Both the position numbers and the translations under genes were made by a program. Positions 12,908-27,900 of a stretch of 64,000 bases of DNA are shown piece by piece. Origin of the DNA: Macrostomum lignano (Eukaryota); assembly GCA_002269645.1 (NCBI GenBank), contig NIVC01003429.1:34026-98025 (forward strand). Reading direction: 5' to 3'. A model generated the notes under the pieces. The model searched no databases and had not been told where the DNA came from. It saw only the letters and a list, made by a program, of their open reading frames with translations. Within the stretch, counting starts at the first letter, position 1. Each line of letters starts with the position of its first letter.

Positions 12908-15900
12908 ATGGAGTCCGCTGTGCACCACGGAGGCGGCAGCGGCGGCGGGGCGACAACTGCGGGTGCTGCTGCGTCAGCCGCTGCAGACGTGTACACCCAC
13001 CATCACCTGCAGCAGCAGCAGCAGCACGCCATGGCCCTGGGCGCCACCGGGATGTTCATGGCGGGCCAGCACCAGCACCATCCGGCAGCCTCCATGGCCG
13101 GAGCACCCCTGGGCCTGTTCAACTTCAATGGTGAGTTTGCATTGCCTTGAGTCCCCGCTTCGAACTCTGAGAGCGAGACGGGAAGGTAGCAAAAAGAAAG
13201 ACAGACTGATAGTTGAGAAACTTGAAGACCTGGGAAGAAGAAGTTTGGGAGGGGGCAGCACTGGAGCTGGCGAGCACAAGAGGCAAAACAACCGGAGGGC
13301 CAGCGCCTCGGGCGTGATTGATGAAGTTGTGCTCCCGGCCGGGTGGGTAGAAGCGACAGCGTTTTGAAGGGGGTGCCGCCGTGTCTCCCTTCTCCCCCCG
13401 GCCGGTTTCTGTGATAATCCCCCACTTCCCTGCCTCAGAAGCTGCTGCCGTGTTGTGCGTTCGATCCGCCTCCTCAGCACAGTCAGCAAGTTGCTCGAAT
13501 GAGAGGGGGGCAGCACCGGGCAGGTGAGAGGGGAGAAAATCGCAGCAGACTCCCGGCTGACGCGATGAGGTGCGCGGCATGGCAGGCGGAGTTGAGAAGG
13601 GGGAAAATTTAATTATTCCAACTGTCAGCGCCCTCCTGTCCCCTCGGATCCCTGCCGCTCTCTCGCCGTCCCCCCTCTGCTGGGCTGTCGCACCTGGTTG
13701 TGAATTTTTTGGAAAATTTAAAATCTTCCCATATCTTCGGCCCTCCCCCTACCTGCTCCTTTTTTCTTCCCCTTGGCTTTCTTATTCTCCCTTAGTTCTC
13801 ACCCATCAGGGTCGGCCCTGTTCTGCTTCTTCACACATGGCTTCGTGTCTTCCCCATCGTTTCTGGGAGCTCGGGGATCTGCAGGGGGAGGCTTCCCCGC
13901 CCTCCACAGCTCCCGTAGGACACCCCCCCCCGAAGTGGCTCGAGTCCTATTTAGTCAGAATGCTTCGAGCGATGCTTATCAGGCTGAGCAGGGGGGGGGG
14001 ACGTGCTGTTGGGGCGACACCGGCAGCGGGTCTGCAAATATGCGCTGAATGAATGGCTGGCCCGGACACGGATCTGCTTGGGAGGCAACCGGCAAGTTGA
14101 GAATTCCATTTTCAAGGATTTCTGCAACAAATTTAAGACTTGCGGCTTGAACTTTTTGTTATGAAGAAAGTTATTAAAAAATCTAAAAAAAAACAGAAGC
14201 CGACCTACTCATAACTGAGCGAGAGAGGGGCTCAAGTGGAAGAGGGGAGGAGCGAGAAATGAGAAATGAAATCTGAATTTTAGCCTTCAGGGACATTGGG
14301 GGCTTCTCTGTTTGGCGTGGCTTGGTGTTTTAAAATTTATCCCCAGGAAGGCCTGAGTTGGGGAGCAGAGGGGGGGTTTAGCAAGGGAGTTATGAAAATT
14401 CATTTCAAGGCTGTCCAACTTCTGACTGAGCACAGACCAAATTTTGAGCTGGGAAAATGAGTGGAACAATCCGGACTGCGTGCGAGCTCAAATAAATCAC
14501 CTCATTCTCCTCCAGCTGCGGGGAGCCCAGCTATTTTCCTTAGTTTTTTTACACCTACTCAGCCCAGTGTTATTAATATTCCCCACCTCTTCCCTTGCTG
14601 CCTCGTTCAGTTTTTTTCTTAATATAAAATTCGCCATTTTGGCAATATTAGAGTCGAAAACTGTGGTGAGCACCCCGGCTGAGCCAGTGGCGCAGGGCCA
14701 GCGCAGGCTGAGCAGGGGGAGGCGACCAAGGGGGGGGGAGGGACTTAAAAAATGGCTGAAATCTCACAGGAAGCGGAGAGAAGGAAAGTGCAGCACAGGC
14801 TGGTGGCTGAGTGGTTTGGCTTTCGTCAGATAATTCAATTTGTTAAAATGCAGTCCAAGCCTTTCATAAATCTTGACCACGGGGCCGTGGAGGGCAGCTC
14901 TGGAGGCTCGGGCCGAAGCAGCATGCGCGCCCCTCTCGGGAAGGAAGTGGAGAGCTGGGGAGGCCACCGAGCTGCCTGGGAGAAAAGGCGGAATTTTGAA
15001 TTTAATGAACTCCCCCCGGTGCACCTCGGGCTTCGGGGTGCGAGGCCTGTGATTAGGGAGCTGCGCAACTTCTGTACGTACGAGCACCTCGGGTCTGCGC
15101 CAGTTTCTTCCCCTGGATATTGTGCGATGCAGGGAGTTGGGGATAGGGGATTCATTCTTCCCTTTCCTCCGGGATCCGAGTGGGAATCCAAGTTTAGCAG
15201 GAAGCGTCTCGACCCGACCCTCGCAGGAGTTTATTCACAAGTCGAGTAAAGCGCCCGAGAATTTAACAATTGCTGGGAAGTTTTGGAAGAGAGGCACTGC
15301 TCCGGTTTGGGGAGGGACGGAATCCCCTCAGAGAGGATAATTGCAGGCTCGACTTGCAGGGGATGGGGAATTAAACTCGAAACAGGCAAACTGCCAAGCA
15401 ACTTGGGCTGCGGGTCCGAGGGGTGGCGCTCGCTCGGATACAGATTCACTTCAACTCGGCGTGAAAGCGGGAGAATTAGCTTCATCCTAATGCTTATCAT
15501 GAGCAGCCCTCAGCCCTGCATGATCCGCTCTTTCCCCGAGTTTGTGCCTTGAAGCGTGTCCCTTTGACAAAAAAATATTTTGCCAGTTTTTTTCACTCGA
15601 ATGAAGGCGTGAGGCCTCCTTTTGCAACCATTTATGCGGCTAAGGCCCGGGGATTATAATTAAGGCACGCAGCCTCCCCCCCCCCGTGTGCCGAGGCATG
15701 CGGCGAGCTCGGCTTTCAAACAATTCAAGTGAATAAATTGTCACCGAGACTAACAATGACGCGTGTTTTTGTTTTAATCCCCTCATTAATTTAGGCCGGG
15801 AAGGGAGAGGGGATGAGGGGATGAGTGAGTCGAAATAAGAGGCAAAATAAGCTGAATAAGTTTTTCGTTAGTTTCGTCTCAACTCTCGTGAGGCGGGCCG

Positions 15901-18900
15901 AAAGACTCAATAAAGTAAAGGATAGGCTGAGCAGGACTGGTTTAATTGGGTAAACCGACACGGCAGCTTGCGGCTTGCGGGGCTTCGACGGAAATGTCGC
16001 TCACCTCCCCCCTCTCGGTGAAAGTTGCTCAATGTTGTTGCTTTTAGCCAGCTGATGCTTCTGCTTGTTCTTGTCTCAGATTTTAATAAAGCCGCAGAAG
16101 CAGCCTCTGAATGCAGGGGACTTCGCTGGTCAGGCAAAAGGCGCCACCACAGGGGAGACAAAGCCGGCAGGAAATTAAAGGAATGCGAGTTGAACCCCAA
16201 TTTGGCAAAAACATGAATTCCATAAACTGTCGAGCTGGTTGAGAATTAGTTTAGAAACCCCAGAGTGGTGTTATATTGCAGCTAAAAAAACATATTTTTT
16301 TTTATTTTTATTTTTTTTTTTATTTGGATTCCCACTCGGATCCCGGAGGAAAGGGAAGAATGAATCCCCTATTTCTAACTCCCTGCATCGCACAATATCC
16401 AGGGGAAGAAACTGGCGCAGACCCGAGGTGCTCGTACGCATGCATGATTGAACACCAAATCGAAATCTGGCACCCTCGGCAAATACAAAGTTATAATTTA
16501 TTTCAACGGCACTTGCAATTCGCAATCAGAAGAGAGACCGCGCAGCTCTTTAGGGAGGAAAAGTGGCATAAAAAAGGCAAATTTTTGCTTCTGTTTTCGG
16601 CGTGTAAACTGATCTTGCGGTTGGCGAACTGACTTTCAATTTAATAGACGAACTTCGCTTGAGCAGCGGGCCGAAGTTGCGACAGGCCATTTGCATATTT
16701 TGGGAGTTGAGGTTTCCGGCCTTACAGATTCCAACTGCAATAATTCGCCTTACCTTATTTAGGTTTCACTCAGAAATTCGATAAGCATCGTTCGAATTCG
16801 AATACGCACCCGCCAGCTCTCAAACGAGAGAGCGAAGAGGGAGACTGCAGGACAGCGGGCGAGCAACCCCCAAGCTGGGATGGGGAAATACTGCCGGCCT
16901 TCCAATTGCCCGCTTATCTACCGCCCTCCTGTCTGTTAAGCGCCAAAGCAGACAGACAACTTCTTTTCCCCCTGAAGCGTGCACCGGGCGCTCAGCCGAA
17001 TGGATTCTTTTTTTTAAAAGGCGCAACCCAAGTTTACAATTAGCCCGCGATCCCGAAACCAGACTGGCCGAGGAGCCCGCGACACGCCCGAGGTTATCAG
17101 CTGGGGGTCCCGCCCTAAGCCTGGGGGGGGGGACAACTGGAGGCTGGGAGAGTTTTTGAAATCGAAAACGCCCTCGCCCAGCATGCCACACTGCCCTGTG
17201 AGGGCCTGTCATGTTGTGTGTTTTGCGCCTGCCTGTGGAAAGTCCTCCGGGGCCCCAACCCCATTGGTCTGGCCTGCCTGCCTGCCTTCCTGCTCGCAAA
17301 ATTCAAACAACACAACAAGCTGCAAGTTTAAAACTTCAATTCTGTTTCACTGGCTGCCCGGACCCCAGAGAACAGGCTGAAAGTGTATTAAATTTAGGGG
17401 GGCTGGTGCTGCTTTAATGGAGGGGGTTGGCGGCCTGAATCAAAATCAGCTGGAGGGTCCTGAGCTGCGCGAAGACGCCCCCCATGGCCTTGATCGGCTT
17501 GTGTGACTCAGAGAGAAAGTTTCACGCGCTCAGCCCGGCCCCACCCCCACCCCACCCCCCTTCAAATCAAACCCCCTCCCCCACGCTCTTGCAGGAATAA
17601 AGCTCTGATTTCACTCAAAGCGAGAAATTTAAACCTGCAAAACCGATTAGACAGGCGAAAGGGGGGATGCGCGTTGGTGGGGCCCGAAGCCGGGGCTATG
17701 AAAATTTAAATGAAGCCCCACGCGCCCTTCTTAATATACGGCTTGGGCCACTCACAGCACGCAGGGACTTCCACGACTGACACTTGAAACTCAATCTGAC
17801 CCTGTTGTGCGCCTCTGCCCTCCTCCACTGGCCTCGAGATCCACAATTTTTTTTAAATTCTTTCTTCACCGCAGCACATTGGGGGGACCTACATGTGAAT
17901 TGAGTTTGAAGGCCCCTGAGCTGCCTGCCAGTGCAAGCCAAAAAGCCTTCAAAGTCCCACCAGCCAAAAAGTTTCTTTTTTTTCGCCAGAGTTTTGGCCC
18001 AGAAAACTTATTATTTTTTCCTGTTTGGCTGCGCAAGTCTGGCCGCTGCGTGTCTGCTTGAGCCGGGCATGTCTTAAGACTCTTAAACAATTTCAACACA
18101 AATATTTGCTCTCCGGGACTGCAAACTGCGAAGAACCAAAATAGTAAGTTTAAACAACTCGGAATTTTTTCTATTTTTTACACTGTATTCGCACGGGGTG
18201 GCCGGCTTATCAGTTTGCATTTTTTGGGGAAAATTAGAATTTATTTTCATCACCTCTCTTTGTCGACTTGCTGGCAGGGGTGGGCCTGGGGCATTTTTGA
18301 TGCGCGCAATATTCAAAAATACGAAGCTCGCTCTCTTCTTTCGCGGTTTTCATTCTTGCAGCAGCAAGCGATGATGCCAGGCAAATTTCTCTTTGGCCTT
18401 CTCCCCGGGGTTTTAAACAGTTTGTCAATTCTGCAGCAGGAACTCAGTAATTGCGGCCTTTTAGTGATTTTTTGCTCTGCTGTTTATTACGGTTTGCCGC
18501 TTCATAATTTGTAATTTGTCCCTTGCGGAACCTGCATGGCACTCCATGTTCTCAGCTGCCCTGAGCCATGATGGAGCTGTGAGAGGGGGCTGGTGTCCTG
18601 GCTTTGGTTTCACAACTGGTCTCAAAAAATCTGGACACCCCCCACCGGCGCTAGCATTCCAGCACGCGGGTTGCAGGGACAAAACTCCACGGCACCGTGT
18701 CGGGCCGGTTAATCCCATTAAAGGCATTTTGGGAGCGGTGCGGCCGGTCTAAATTAAATTAGAATGAAGTTTGCTGTGTTTCCGGCCGGTCCTCGAGCTG
18801 GCGGCTCCCGCGCGGTGCCACTCAGGCCGCAACGGCCGACCACCTCTTTTGAAACGGCGGGTGCCCCTTTTCTATAATCCCCTCCGCGCTCTTCCAATCC

Positions 18901-21900
18901 CCATTGTCTCCGCCATCCGTCAGACACTTTGGCTGGTGCAGGTCAGCCTAAAAAACCCACCTGGAGTTCGCCAATCTCAAATCCCAACCCTGCCCCCCCG
19001 CCTCTCCTGAACAAGAGCGGCTGGTGATTAATGGAAAAATGGAAAATGGGCATCTGATTATTGCCCTGTAGGGTATTGATGAGCGCAGATAACTTTTTTG
19101 CTTTTATAATAAAAAAGTTAATCTGACTGACTGAAGTGACTGGGTGGCTGCAGTTTTCTGTTACCTGCAGAAAAAGAGAATTAGACTGGGCATTCCCGGA
19201 ATTGGCATTCTCAAGTGTCCTGGCGCTTTTCTATACTATTTTTGACGAAATCCGGAAGCGGGGGCTCTGTGAAATTATTATTAATTTATTAATGAGTTGA
19301 GCCTGGCTGAATGTCTGTCAGATTAACTTGCTTTTGTGCAAATTAACCCTGCGAGGCTTTTGCACCTGCCAGCGACAACTGCATTTCAGTCTGCTATATT
19401 TGTGTTGAGCTGCAAGCAGAGTGTCTTTGTGTGAAAATCAATAAGTTAATCCAATAAGTTAACCGTATGAAATTTCCAGTTCAAGTTTTCCTAGAAATCG
19501 AAGCCAAACATTTTCGCGCGAATTTGAATTTCAAGCCGAGATCCAAGGCAGGAGAAGCGAAGTTGAAAATTTTGGCGCGGATTCGAATTACAAAAACCCG
19601 GAGAGTTTTATAAGTTTTCCCTGCGTGTATTATCATGATTAATTCTCAGCGCACTATTAAGCCCCCATCTAAGATGCTCGCCAGTCTTCTCAAGGATGCC
19701 GCCAACCCAGCAGCCCAGTCGAATTCGAGGCGCGAAGACTCGCTTTTAATGCGACCGCCACCCCCCCCCCCCCGGTGCCCCTCGCCGCTGGATCGGGTCG
19801 AAATGCCGAATATGAGGAATTTTTGCAAAATCAATAATGGCGAGGCAGGCAGGCAGGCAGGGAGGGTCGCGCTGGTGAAAAAAGAGCTCGCCGAGGTGCC
19901 GGCAGTACCGGGCATGCAGCGCAAACAGCCGTGTTCGCAAAAAAAATTTAATCAAATTTTTGTCCCTTTCACTCCCACTCTTTCTCTCCGGCCGAAAAAT
20001 TCTCTTATACTTTTTTTTTAAAACTTCATGGGAGTTGGGGGAAGAGCGCCCGAGCCCTGCCGTGTTTTAATACGGAGCTGTGGGAGGGTCGCCAGCCCCA
20101 GCCGTGCAGCAGCCCTCATCGGGAGAGGGGGAGGGCAGGGCGAGGGGCCACCGCGCCCTTGGAGCCGAGGGCTGCACGGAGAAAGTAGCTGGAGCTGCTA
20201 TTTGGGGGGGGGGGGCTCCCAGCCAGCCTCCAGACTTAGTTTAGGAGGGATTATCTCAGTGAGTTTGAAATTTTCTGTCCAAACTGGGGGTTTGTCCGGA
20301 GGCTGGCCAGAGAGGGGGGCTTTTTGGAGCTGCAGGGGAGAGGGAAGGCCTGAGTCAGAGCTGATTGCTAAACCAAATTTCATTTATCAAATTGAAGCTA
20401 TTGATTGAATTTGAGTTCGATGACAAAAATCGGCTGCTGCTTCTTTTTTGAAGTTGAGGAGTTTTTTAGTTCGATTCTGGAGACTGGGACTCAAGCTCAA
20501 GCAGAGTTTGAGAAACCGAGGCGCTGGGCTCCACTCTGGGCTCCCTGTCAGCCTTTTAGACTTTTCATTTTCTTCTTTTTTCACTAATTCTCTTCTAGAG
20601 ACTGCAGGAGCTGCTTTTAAGGATTTGGAAGTTGGGATCTGGGATTTGAGCTGTATAAAGGATTTGGATTTGTTTATCTGGGACTTTGGGATCTGGGACT
20701 TGGAAGTGTCGGGATCTGGGATCTGGGATCTGGGACTTGGAGGTGTGAGGATCTGGGATCTGCGACTTTGAAGTGTGGATCTGGGATCCGGGATCTGGGA
20801 TCTGGGATCCGGGACTTAGGAGTGTGGATCTGGGATCTGGGACTTGAGAGTGTGGATCTGGGATTTTGGGATCTGGGATCTGGGACTTCGGAGTGTGGAT
20901 CTGGGACTTGGGAGTGAGAATCTGGGACTTGGCAGTGTGGATCTGGGATCTGAGATCTGTGACTTGGGAGTGTGAATCTGGGATTTGGGACTTGGGAGTG
21001 TGGATCTGGGATCTGGGACTTGGGAGTGTGGATCTAGCACTTGGAATCTACAGGAATAATCTGAAACAAAAGTTTTAGCTATTTGAAAGGCATTCTGAAT
21101 TGGAGCATCATCATAAAGCTAACCGGTTAGTAATGATGGAAATTCTGAGCAAGCAAAGCCGCACCCATACGGACAGCAGTCTGCAATTTCACTTGAAAAT
21201 GGTCTCATCTGAAACTTGAGCACAAATTATCAGACAGACAGGCGGAGTGGGGTTGAGAAGCAATTTGGCTGTGGGCGCAGATTGAAATTGAAATGGAGTG
21301 TTAAACAGTCTGACTCACCCCTCATCATCGCTATTTTTTTGCGCTGCCTGCCGCCCAGCCTCGTCCTCCTGAGATTTGAAGAAAAAAGAAAATTACTATT
21401 TTAAAAAAGAGATGAGAGTATTTTTGCACAGGCGGGCGTCTGACCACAACTGAGCTCCTGACCCGCCACCCCCTGCCCCCGGTCTCTCTCTGTTTGAGTT
21501 TTTTTTAAAAACTTGCTGAAGCCTGAAAAATCAAATGTCAACAAAATGCGAGAGAGCGGGAGTTTGGAGGGGGGGTCATCGATCGGCAGCTGCAGCGGTC
21601 TGTGCCTCCAATATCAGCAATAAGTTTCGGCCCAACTCGACCGCTTTCCCGTGCATAATTATAAAATTGAACAATTTTTTTTCAAGGAACAACTTTGCTT
21701 GAAGCTCTTTCTGGGCGGCTCCCACCATGAGAACCGCGGGGCGGCGCTCTGCCACCCCCCCCCCCCCTAGGGTTTTTAGCCGACACGGGGCTTGGAGACT
21801 CAAAATTGTACTGGGTGAAAAATTTATTCTCACAGCTTCAATTAAATGGAAAGCGAGCAAAGTTTATTTTTAAGAGTGGGGAGGTCTGGGCGATGTGGCA

Positions 21901-24900
21901 GACTTTGAGTTTTTCATATTATAAAAAAACTCAAGCGCAGTTTCCAGCCACAGACCCCCAGTTCTCAACTGCAGCCCCAGCCCCTTCCTGCTTTTAGTTT
22001 TTAAGCAATGAGAATTTTTAAGAGGTCCAAAAGCGGCCCTCAAACTCTTTCTTGTCAAATTCTTTTTCAATGTTTTGTTAGCTGTAAGCAGTTTTACAGC
22101 GCAGCCTGTCTGACAAACACAAAGGGACTGCTCTGAGGGAGTGCTCAGTCTGAGGGGCCTTCTTTGTAGGACTGCCTGTTGCCTGCAGCCGCATGTCCCA
22201 CCTGAGTTGCTCGGGCAATATTGCTATTTAAGTCTGCTTTTATTGGGGCCACAATGGGCTGACTAATAGTCACCACCCCATGTTATTTACCTGTGCGGGT
22301 GAGGCCGGACCTCATCGGTTGCTGGCCTCGAGCTCTGGAATTCTCAATTAAAACCTGCTTTGGCTGACACTTTGAAGACAAGCACATTGTTTGCAGCTGG
22401 GAAACACTTTCTGTAAACAGTAAACACTTTTGCAAATAGGAGTGTACAGCCTTCTGTAAACAGGCAACCGCACAGACGACAGCCTTCTGTAAACAGGCAA
22501 CTGGACAGGGGACAGCCTTCTGTAAACAGGCAACCGGACAGGGGACAGCCTTCTGTAAACAGGCAATCGGAAAGGGACAGCCTTCTGTAAACAGGCAATC
22601 GGAAAGGGACAGCCTTCTGTAAACAGGCAACCGGACAGGGGACAGCCTTCTGTAAACTGTAAACAGGCAACCGGACACAGGGGCAGCCTTCTGTAAACAG
22701 GCAACCGGACAGGGGACAGCCTTCTGTAAACAGGCAACCGGAAAGGGACAGCCTTCTGTAAACAGGCAACCGGAAAGGTACAGCCTTCTGTAAACAGGCA
22801 ACCGGACAGGGGACAGCCTTCTGTAAACAGGCAACCGGACAGGGGACAGCCTTCTGTAAACAGGCAACCGGACAGGGGACAGCCTTCTGTAAACAGGCAA
22901 CCGGACAGGGGACAGCCTTCTGTAAACAGGCAACCGGACAGGCGACAGCCTTCCGCAGGTTTCACGCCAGCAAGTCTCCTTCAACACCCAGTCCGCTCCC
23001 TAAGCAGTCAACCCGCAATTACGTGCAACTTTTTCAGCAAAACTTCTCAACAAGGTCTCAAAAAAGCAGCAAATTCTAAAGTAAAACTTCAGAATTTTTT
23101 CAACAATTTCTCAGGAATTTCTGCTAATGGAAAATTCCCCACAGCCCCATTCTTTAATTTTCTTTTTTTCTTCCCTTTAAATTAATGGCGCCAGCACCCC
23201 GACTCACCTGCCTGCTCCGGCTTTGCCAACTTGCGGACGCGAAGGGCTTGGGGGGGGGGAGAAAAAACAATAAAAAGCAGCAGGAATTTGTTTCCCGTCG
23301 GCGAAAAATGATTTCCCAAAATTTCCCAACCCTCGCACTGCCCCCCCGAAGGTTCTCGCAGCCCGGCTTGATAAGAATTTGGCCCGTTGAGTTTTGGCAA
23401 ACACGAGTTTCATAATATTAAAGCATTGTGAGCTGGGGCTGCTCACAGGACTTTATGAGTCTTGAGCCGTTCTGAGCAGCTCTGAGTTTCAAACCGGCCG
23501 CTCATCCCGCACCGTCTGCTGAATTCTCTCAATTTGAAAAGGCCTCACTGAAGGAATTTCCTGAGTCTCTGCGGGGTGGCTCTGAAAATATTGCAACACC
23601 GTCAGAGCCGCGGGGCTCATGAATGCTTAATGAATTGCCGCGAAAGAGGCAGAAAAACACGATTTGGAAAATTGCTCAGCAATGAAAATTCAAAGCTGCC
23701 TGCACGCCAGCCAGCGCAGAAGCAGAAGACTAAAAAACAAGAGGAAGAAGTAGAAGTTTTAAAGCAGATTTTAAAGCAGGCCGCCGGAGATCCGTCAAAA
23801 GTTTCTCGGCACCGCCGGCCGGCCGCAGGTGCCATCCGTCATGAGAGGCCCATCGTCGGCTCCGAGCTGCCGGTTTCTGGGGCGAAGAAAAGCCGGAAAA
23901 ATGACTAAAGAATCCGGGCGGTGGCTGCAGCTTTTGAAAGCGGAATTGACGGCTGATTTACAGCGGCAGATAAGACTCTGTCAAACCGCTGCGCCCCCCT
24001 CCATCATCATCTTATTGCGCCCTCACTGCCGCCCGCCTCCCCTCCCGTCTGCCGTATAAAAATTTGCCCCAAAAAAGCAAAAGTTGCCCGGGACCCTTCG
24101 GCTCTCCTCCCACCTGGTCTGCCGGCTTCCTTGGGATCCGATCCCTCTCGCTCTCTTATTCCAAGTTGAAGATTCGCTGTTAGAGATAAGGCCGAATATT
24201 CGAGATTCGAGCTGCTGCACTGGGGGGGTGCCTTCAAGTCTTGTTGCAGGTTTTTGTTTTAATCAATTGGATTCCGCGGACTCCCCCTCTCTGCGGCAAG
24301 AGAATTCTTCTGCTTCACAAGCGGGCCAGAGAGCTTTTCTTTGCAATCTCGGCCAAAGCAAAGCTGCGGCCGCCCACCCTCCGCCAAGGCAGATTAATTC
24401 AAGCCAGCGGGCGCACCTGCTTTGCTGACTTTGCTGCTTTTAGCTTTTTTTATTATTATTCTCTTTTTTGCTTTAACAAATCTGACAAATTCTGCTTCTT
24501 GGCTTGCAATTGCAGAGCTATAAAACTTGCTTTATGCGACCCACCGAAGGTCTGTGGGATCCACCGTGTGGGGGCGGATTTCATTTCTAAAGTCTTGCAA
24601 CAGCTTTTGTAAGTTGTTCGATTGTCTAAGCTTGAGAACCTGACAGCGGCACCAACAATGCTGGAGGCAGGACAGTCAGACAGGCCCCTGATCCCCTCTC
24701 AGTTCCCTTCCCATATAAGCTTTAAAACTCCCCACAAAGCTGCAAGTTTTTGGCCCTTAAAGTTGTTGAACGCGCTGACTTCATTAATCAAGCGATTTTT
24801 GGGGCTTTCGTGTTTAATTTCTGCGACTAGAGGCAAACACTGGAACTCCCCTACCTGCTGGTCACAGATGGCCTCAACTACCGCCGCTGAGCTGCAGCCG

Positions 24901-27900
24901 CGACCCCCCCCCCACCCACAGCCCACTTTGCTCACCCGCTCGCTCAACTCCACCTCACAGTTTCAATTTAATTATTTGAACAAAGGCAGGTCGCCCGGGT
25001 CGATTTGTTTGTTTCGGTTTTAACCTGCAGCCTGGGGTTATTAAACACTTCTTCATCATGCAGCAGGTGCGGATTTGGGAAGTTGATTCCACCTGGAACC
25101 TGCCTTGTGCCTGCTCTCCCCTCCCATTCACTGGCACCGGCTGTCTGACAGAGTTTCGGCTGACAGCTTCTGACTTCGCCGCTCCTGATCAGCTGATTCT
25201 GGCTTAGCCTCGTACGGGTTGCGAGAAAAATTAATTTTTTGTTGTTTATTTGCAGCAAACTCCGCTTTGACTTCTGCCAGCTAAAATCCCACGCTGGCCA
25301 CCCTCCCCTCTGATCCCATTTCCAAGGCATTCTTCTGCTTCTTCTTAACAGAAGCAGCGCAATAATAACCAGAAATCAGCCGCTGCAACTGCATCCCCCC
25401 TGACCCCCGCCCCGGGGGGAGAAGGGGATCCGAGCATAGAGGCTGGTTGTGAAAGTTTCTGGGGAACAGCGAGTGGGAGGTAGGGAGAGAGAGAGGGGGG
25501 AGAGGAAAACGGGAGCCTGGGATTTCATGAGGTTTTTGGTGGACATAAAAATTTTAATGACGGCGCGGGCCGGCCGCGGGGACTAATTTAAAAAAAGTTG
25601 ACTTTCTTCAACTGAAATAAATTATAAGTAAACACAGCTGCCTTCAAGCAGCCTTCAAGCCCGCAGGTTCAGCCGCCTCCCCCGCGACCCAAACAGAATA
25701 TAAAACTCACTGGGCCTCCCCAACCTCCCCCAATTCTTCCCCTTTTTTACCTCCTTCCCCTCCCCTGGAAAATTCAACTTACCTTTGCAATTCGCCCCGA
25801 AGCAAATGCAGGCTCTGCTCCGATGCGTGGCGCTTTAAATAAACAGTTTCTGGGGAGGCTGACAGAAAATGTCCTCATTTATTTTTCCACAAACTTTTTG
25901 TTTCTGCAGCTTGGGGCAATAAATAAGCGCCTCCTTGCCTTGGAGGCATCCGAGGCGTCTCATTGTCTTGGCATAATTATCCTTTATGAGAGATTATTTA
26001 CTCACCGCGGCCCGGGGGCTGCTGGGGCTGCGTGCATGCGGTCCGCTCCATCAGTGCCGGCATCAATATTTGATGCTCCGCTGCTCATTCCCGGTGTTCG
26101 CTGCCTCCTTGTCAAACTGGATGGGAATTTTCAATGATCTCAGAGAATCTCGGCCCTCTAATAGTTTCCCAACGGTTTTCACTCGACTCCCAACTCCAAA
26201 AAACGGTTAATATTTTATTGAGTCTGCGACCTTGCGGACACGCGAGTTGCGACATTCTCAAAAAATGTTTGCAGTTTTTAGCGCTGAATTGCAATTGCCA
26301 AGTCCAGGGTAACTTTTGCTGAGTCAGACTGGGCTGCAGCACCTCTCACAGCTGTAGCCTGTCAGGTGCGTGATGCCGGCGTAGTCTCAAATTCTGCATT
26401 TCACGCGCCAAGGTGGGAGCTCATGATGGCGCCAAGGTGGGAGCTCATGATAGCGCCAAGGTGGGAGCTGATGGCGCCAAGGTGGGAGCTCATGATGGCG
26501 CCAAGGTGGGAGCTGATGATGGCGCCAAGGTGGGAGCTGATGATGGCGCCAAGGTGGGAGCTGATGATGGCGCCAAGGTGGGAGCTGATGATAGCGCCAA
26601 GGTGGGAGCTGATGATGGCGCCAAGGTGGGAGCTGATGATAGCGCCAAGGTGGGAGCTGATGATGGCGCCAAGGTGGGAGCTCATGATAGCGCCAAGGTG
26701 GGAGCTGATGGCGCCAAGGTGGGAGCTGATGATGGCGCCAAGGTGGGAGCTGATGATGGCGCCAAGGTGGGAGCTGATGATGGCGCCAAGGTGGGAGCTG
26801 ATGATGGCGCCAAGGTGGGAGCTGATGATGGCGCCAAGGTGGGAGCTGATGATGGCGCCAAGGTGGGAGCTGATGATGGCGCCAAGGTGGGAGCTGATGT
26901 TGGCGCCAAGGTGGGAGCTGATGTTGGCGCCAAGGTGGAGCTGATGATAGCGCCAAGGTGGGAGCTGATGATGGCGCCAAGGTGGGAGCTGATGGCGCCA
27001 AGGCGCTCAGGCTTAGTGGCAATCGAGCAAGCGGCAGGCAGGCAGGCAGTCCTCTCTATTCACCTGAGCAGCCGGAGAGGCCCGGGGGTTTTAATGATTG
27101 AGTAAAGAAAGCAGTTGAGTTTTTTCTAAATGCTTGCACAGCTCAACTCGCCTTCAATTTCTAGAGAGCCCGGCGCATGCGAGCAGCCTCGGGCTCGAGT
27201 TTTGGTGGCCGGGTAATGAGACGTCCATTGTTTTGCAAACAAGTGTTTTTTTATTTTCTCATTTTCACCCTTGGCCGGTCAGCTAAAAAATTTTCCCATT
27301 CGAATTTCAAATCCCAAAATTTGTCCGCCTCGTTCTGGATTTTTTCAATCCTTCGACTCATCAGAGACTGCCAACCCCGGGTCACGTGATCACCCGGGAA
27401 GTTTTTCAAGGGACGCAAAGAAGTCGCGGGCAGCTGGAGGGAGTTGATGAAGGGGAAAATGCGAGGGAGACAGCGGAGGCTGGTAATAAATATATATGAT
27501 GCCGGGCATAATGCACATATCTGGGTGCGCGGCTCAGCTTACTTGGCCTCCCCTTCCCATCGATTCGGGCCCGAGCTGGTGGCGCGGCCGGGTAATTAGT
27601 CCCCGCTGAGGCCACATGAAATTTAACGAGAGATTTGAGCCCATTTTTAATAATTGGGGAGAATTTTACCCGTCTTACCCTTCCTTCCCCATCCCGAAAA
27701 TCCCAGGATCCGTTTTCCCACTTCGACTCAGCTTCTCTCGCCAGACCCTCCCCCCTCTGGCCCCCCCGAGGGCGCCAAGTTTCTCCACCCTGAGGCTGTT
27801 TGCGACTATGATTCAGTTTTTATCTTCTCCGCGCGGCTGCCGCTTTGATGGGGCAAATTGCAGCCTCCGCGAGCCTGACCGGCTGTCTGCGCCATGGGGA

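Noticed and set aside
12477-13580. Overlapping 150-296-aa ORFs around zinc-finger exon 1
   Set aside because: These are alternative-frame or antisense shadows of GC-rich sequence. Only the frame from ATG 12908 ends at a phase-compatible donor.
15077-16438. The inverted repeat as MITE or foldback TIRs
   Set aside because: The outer flanks (CTTCTGTA and CATGCATG) show no duplication. It is kept only as an inverted repeat.
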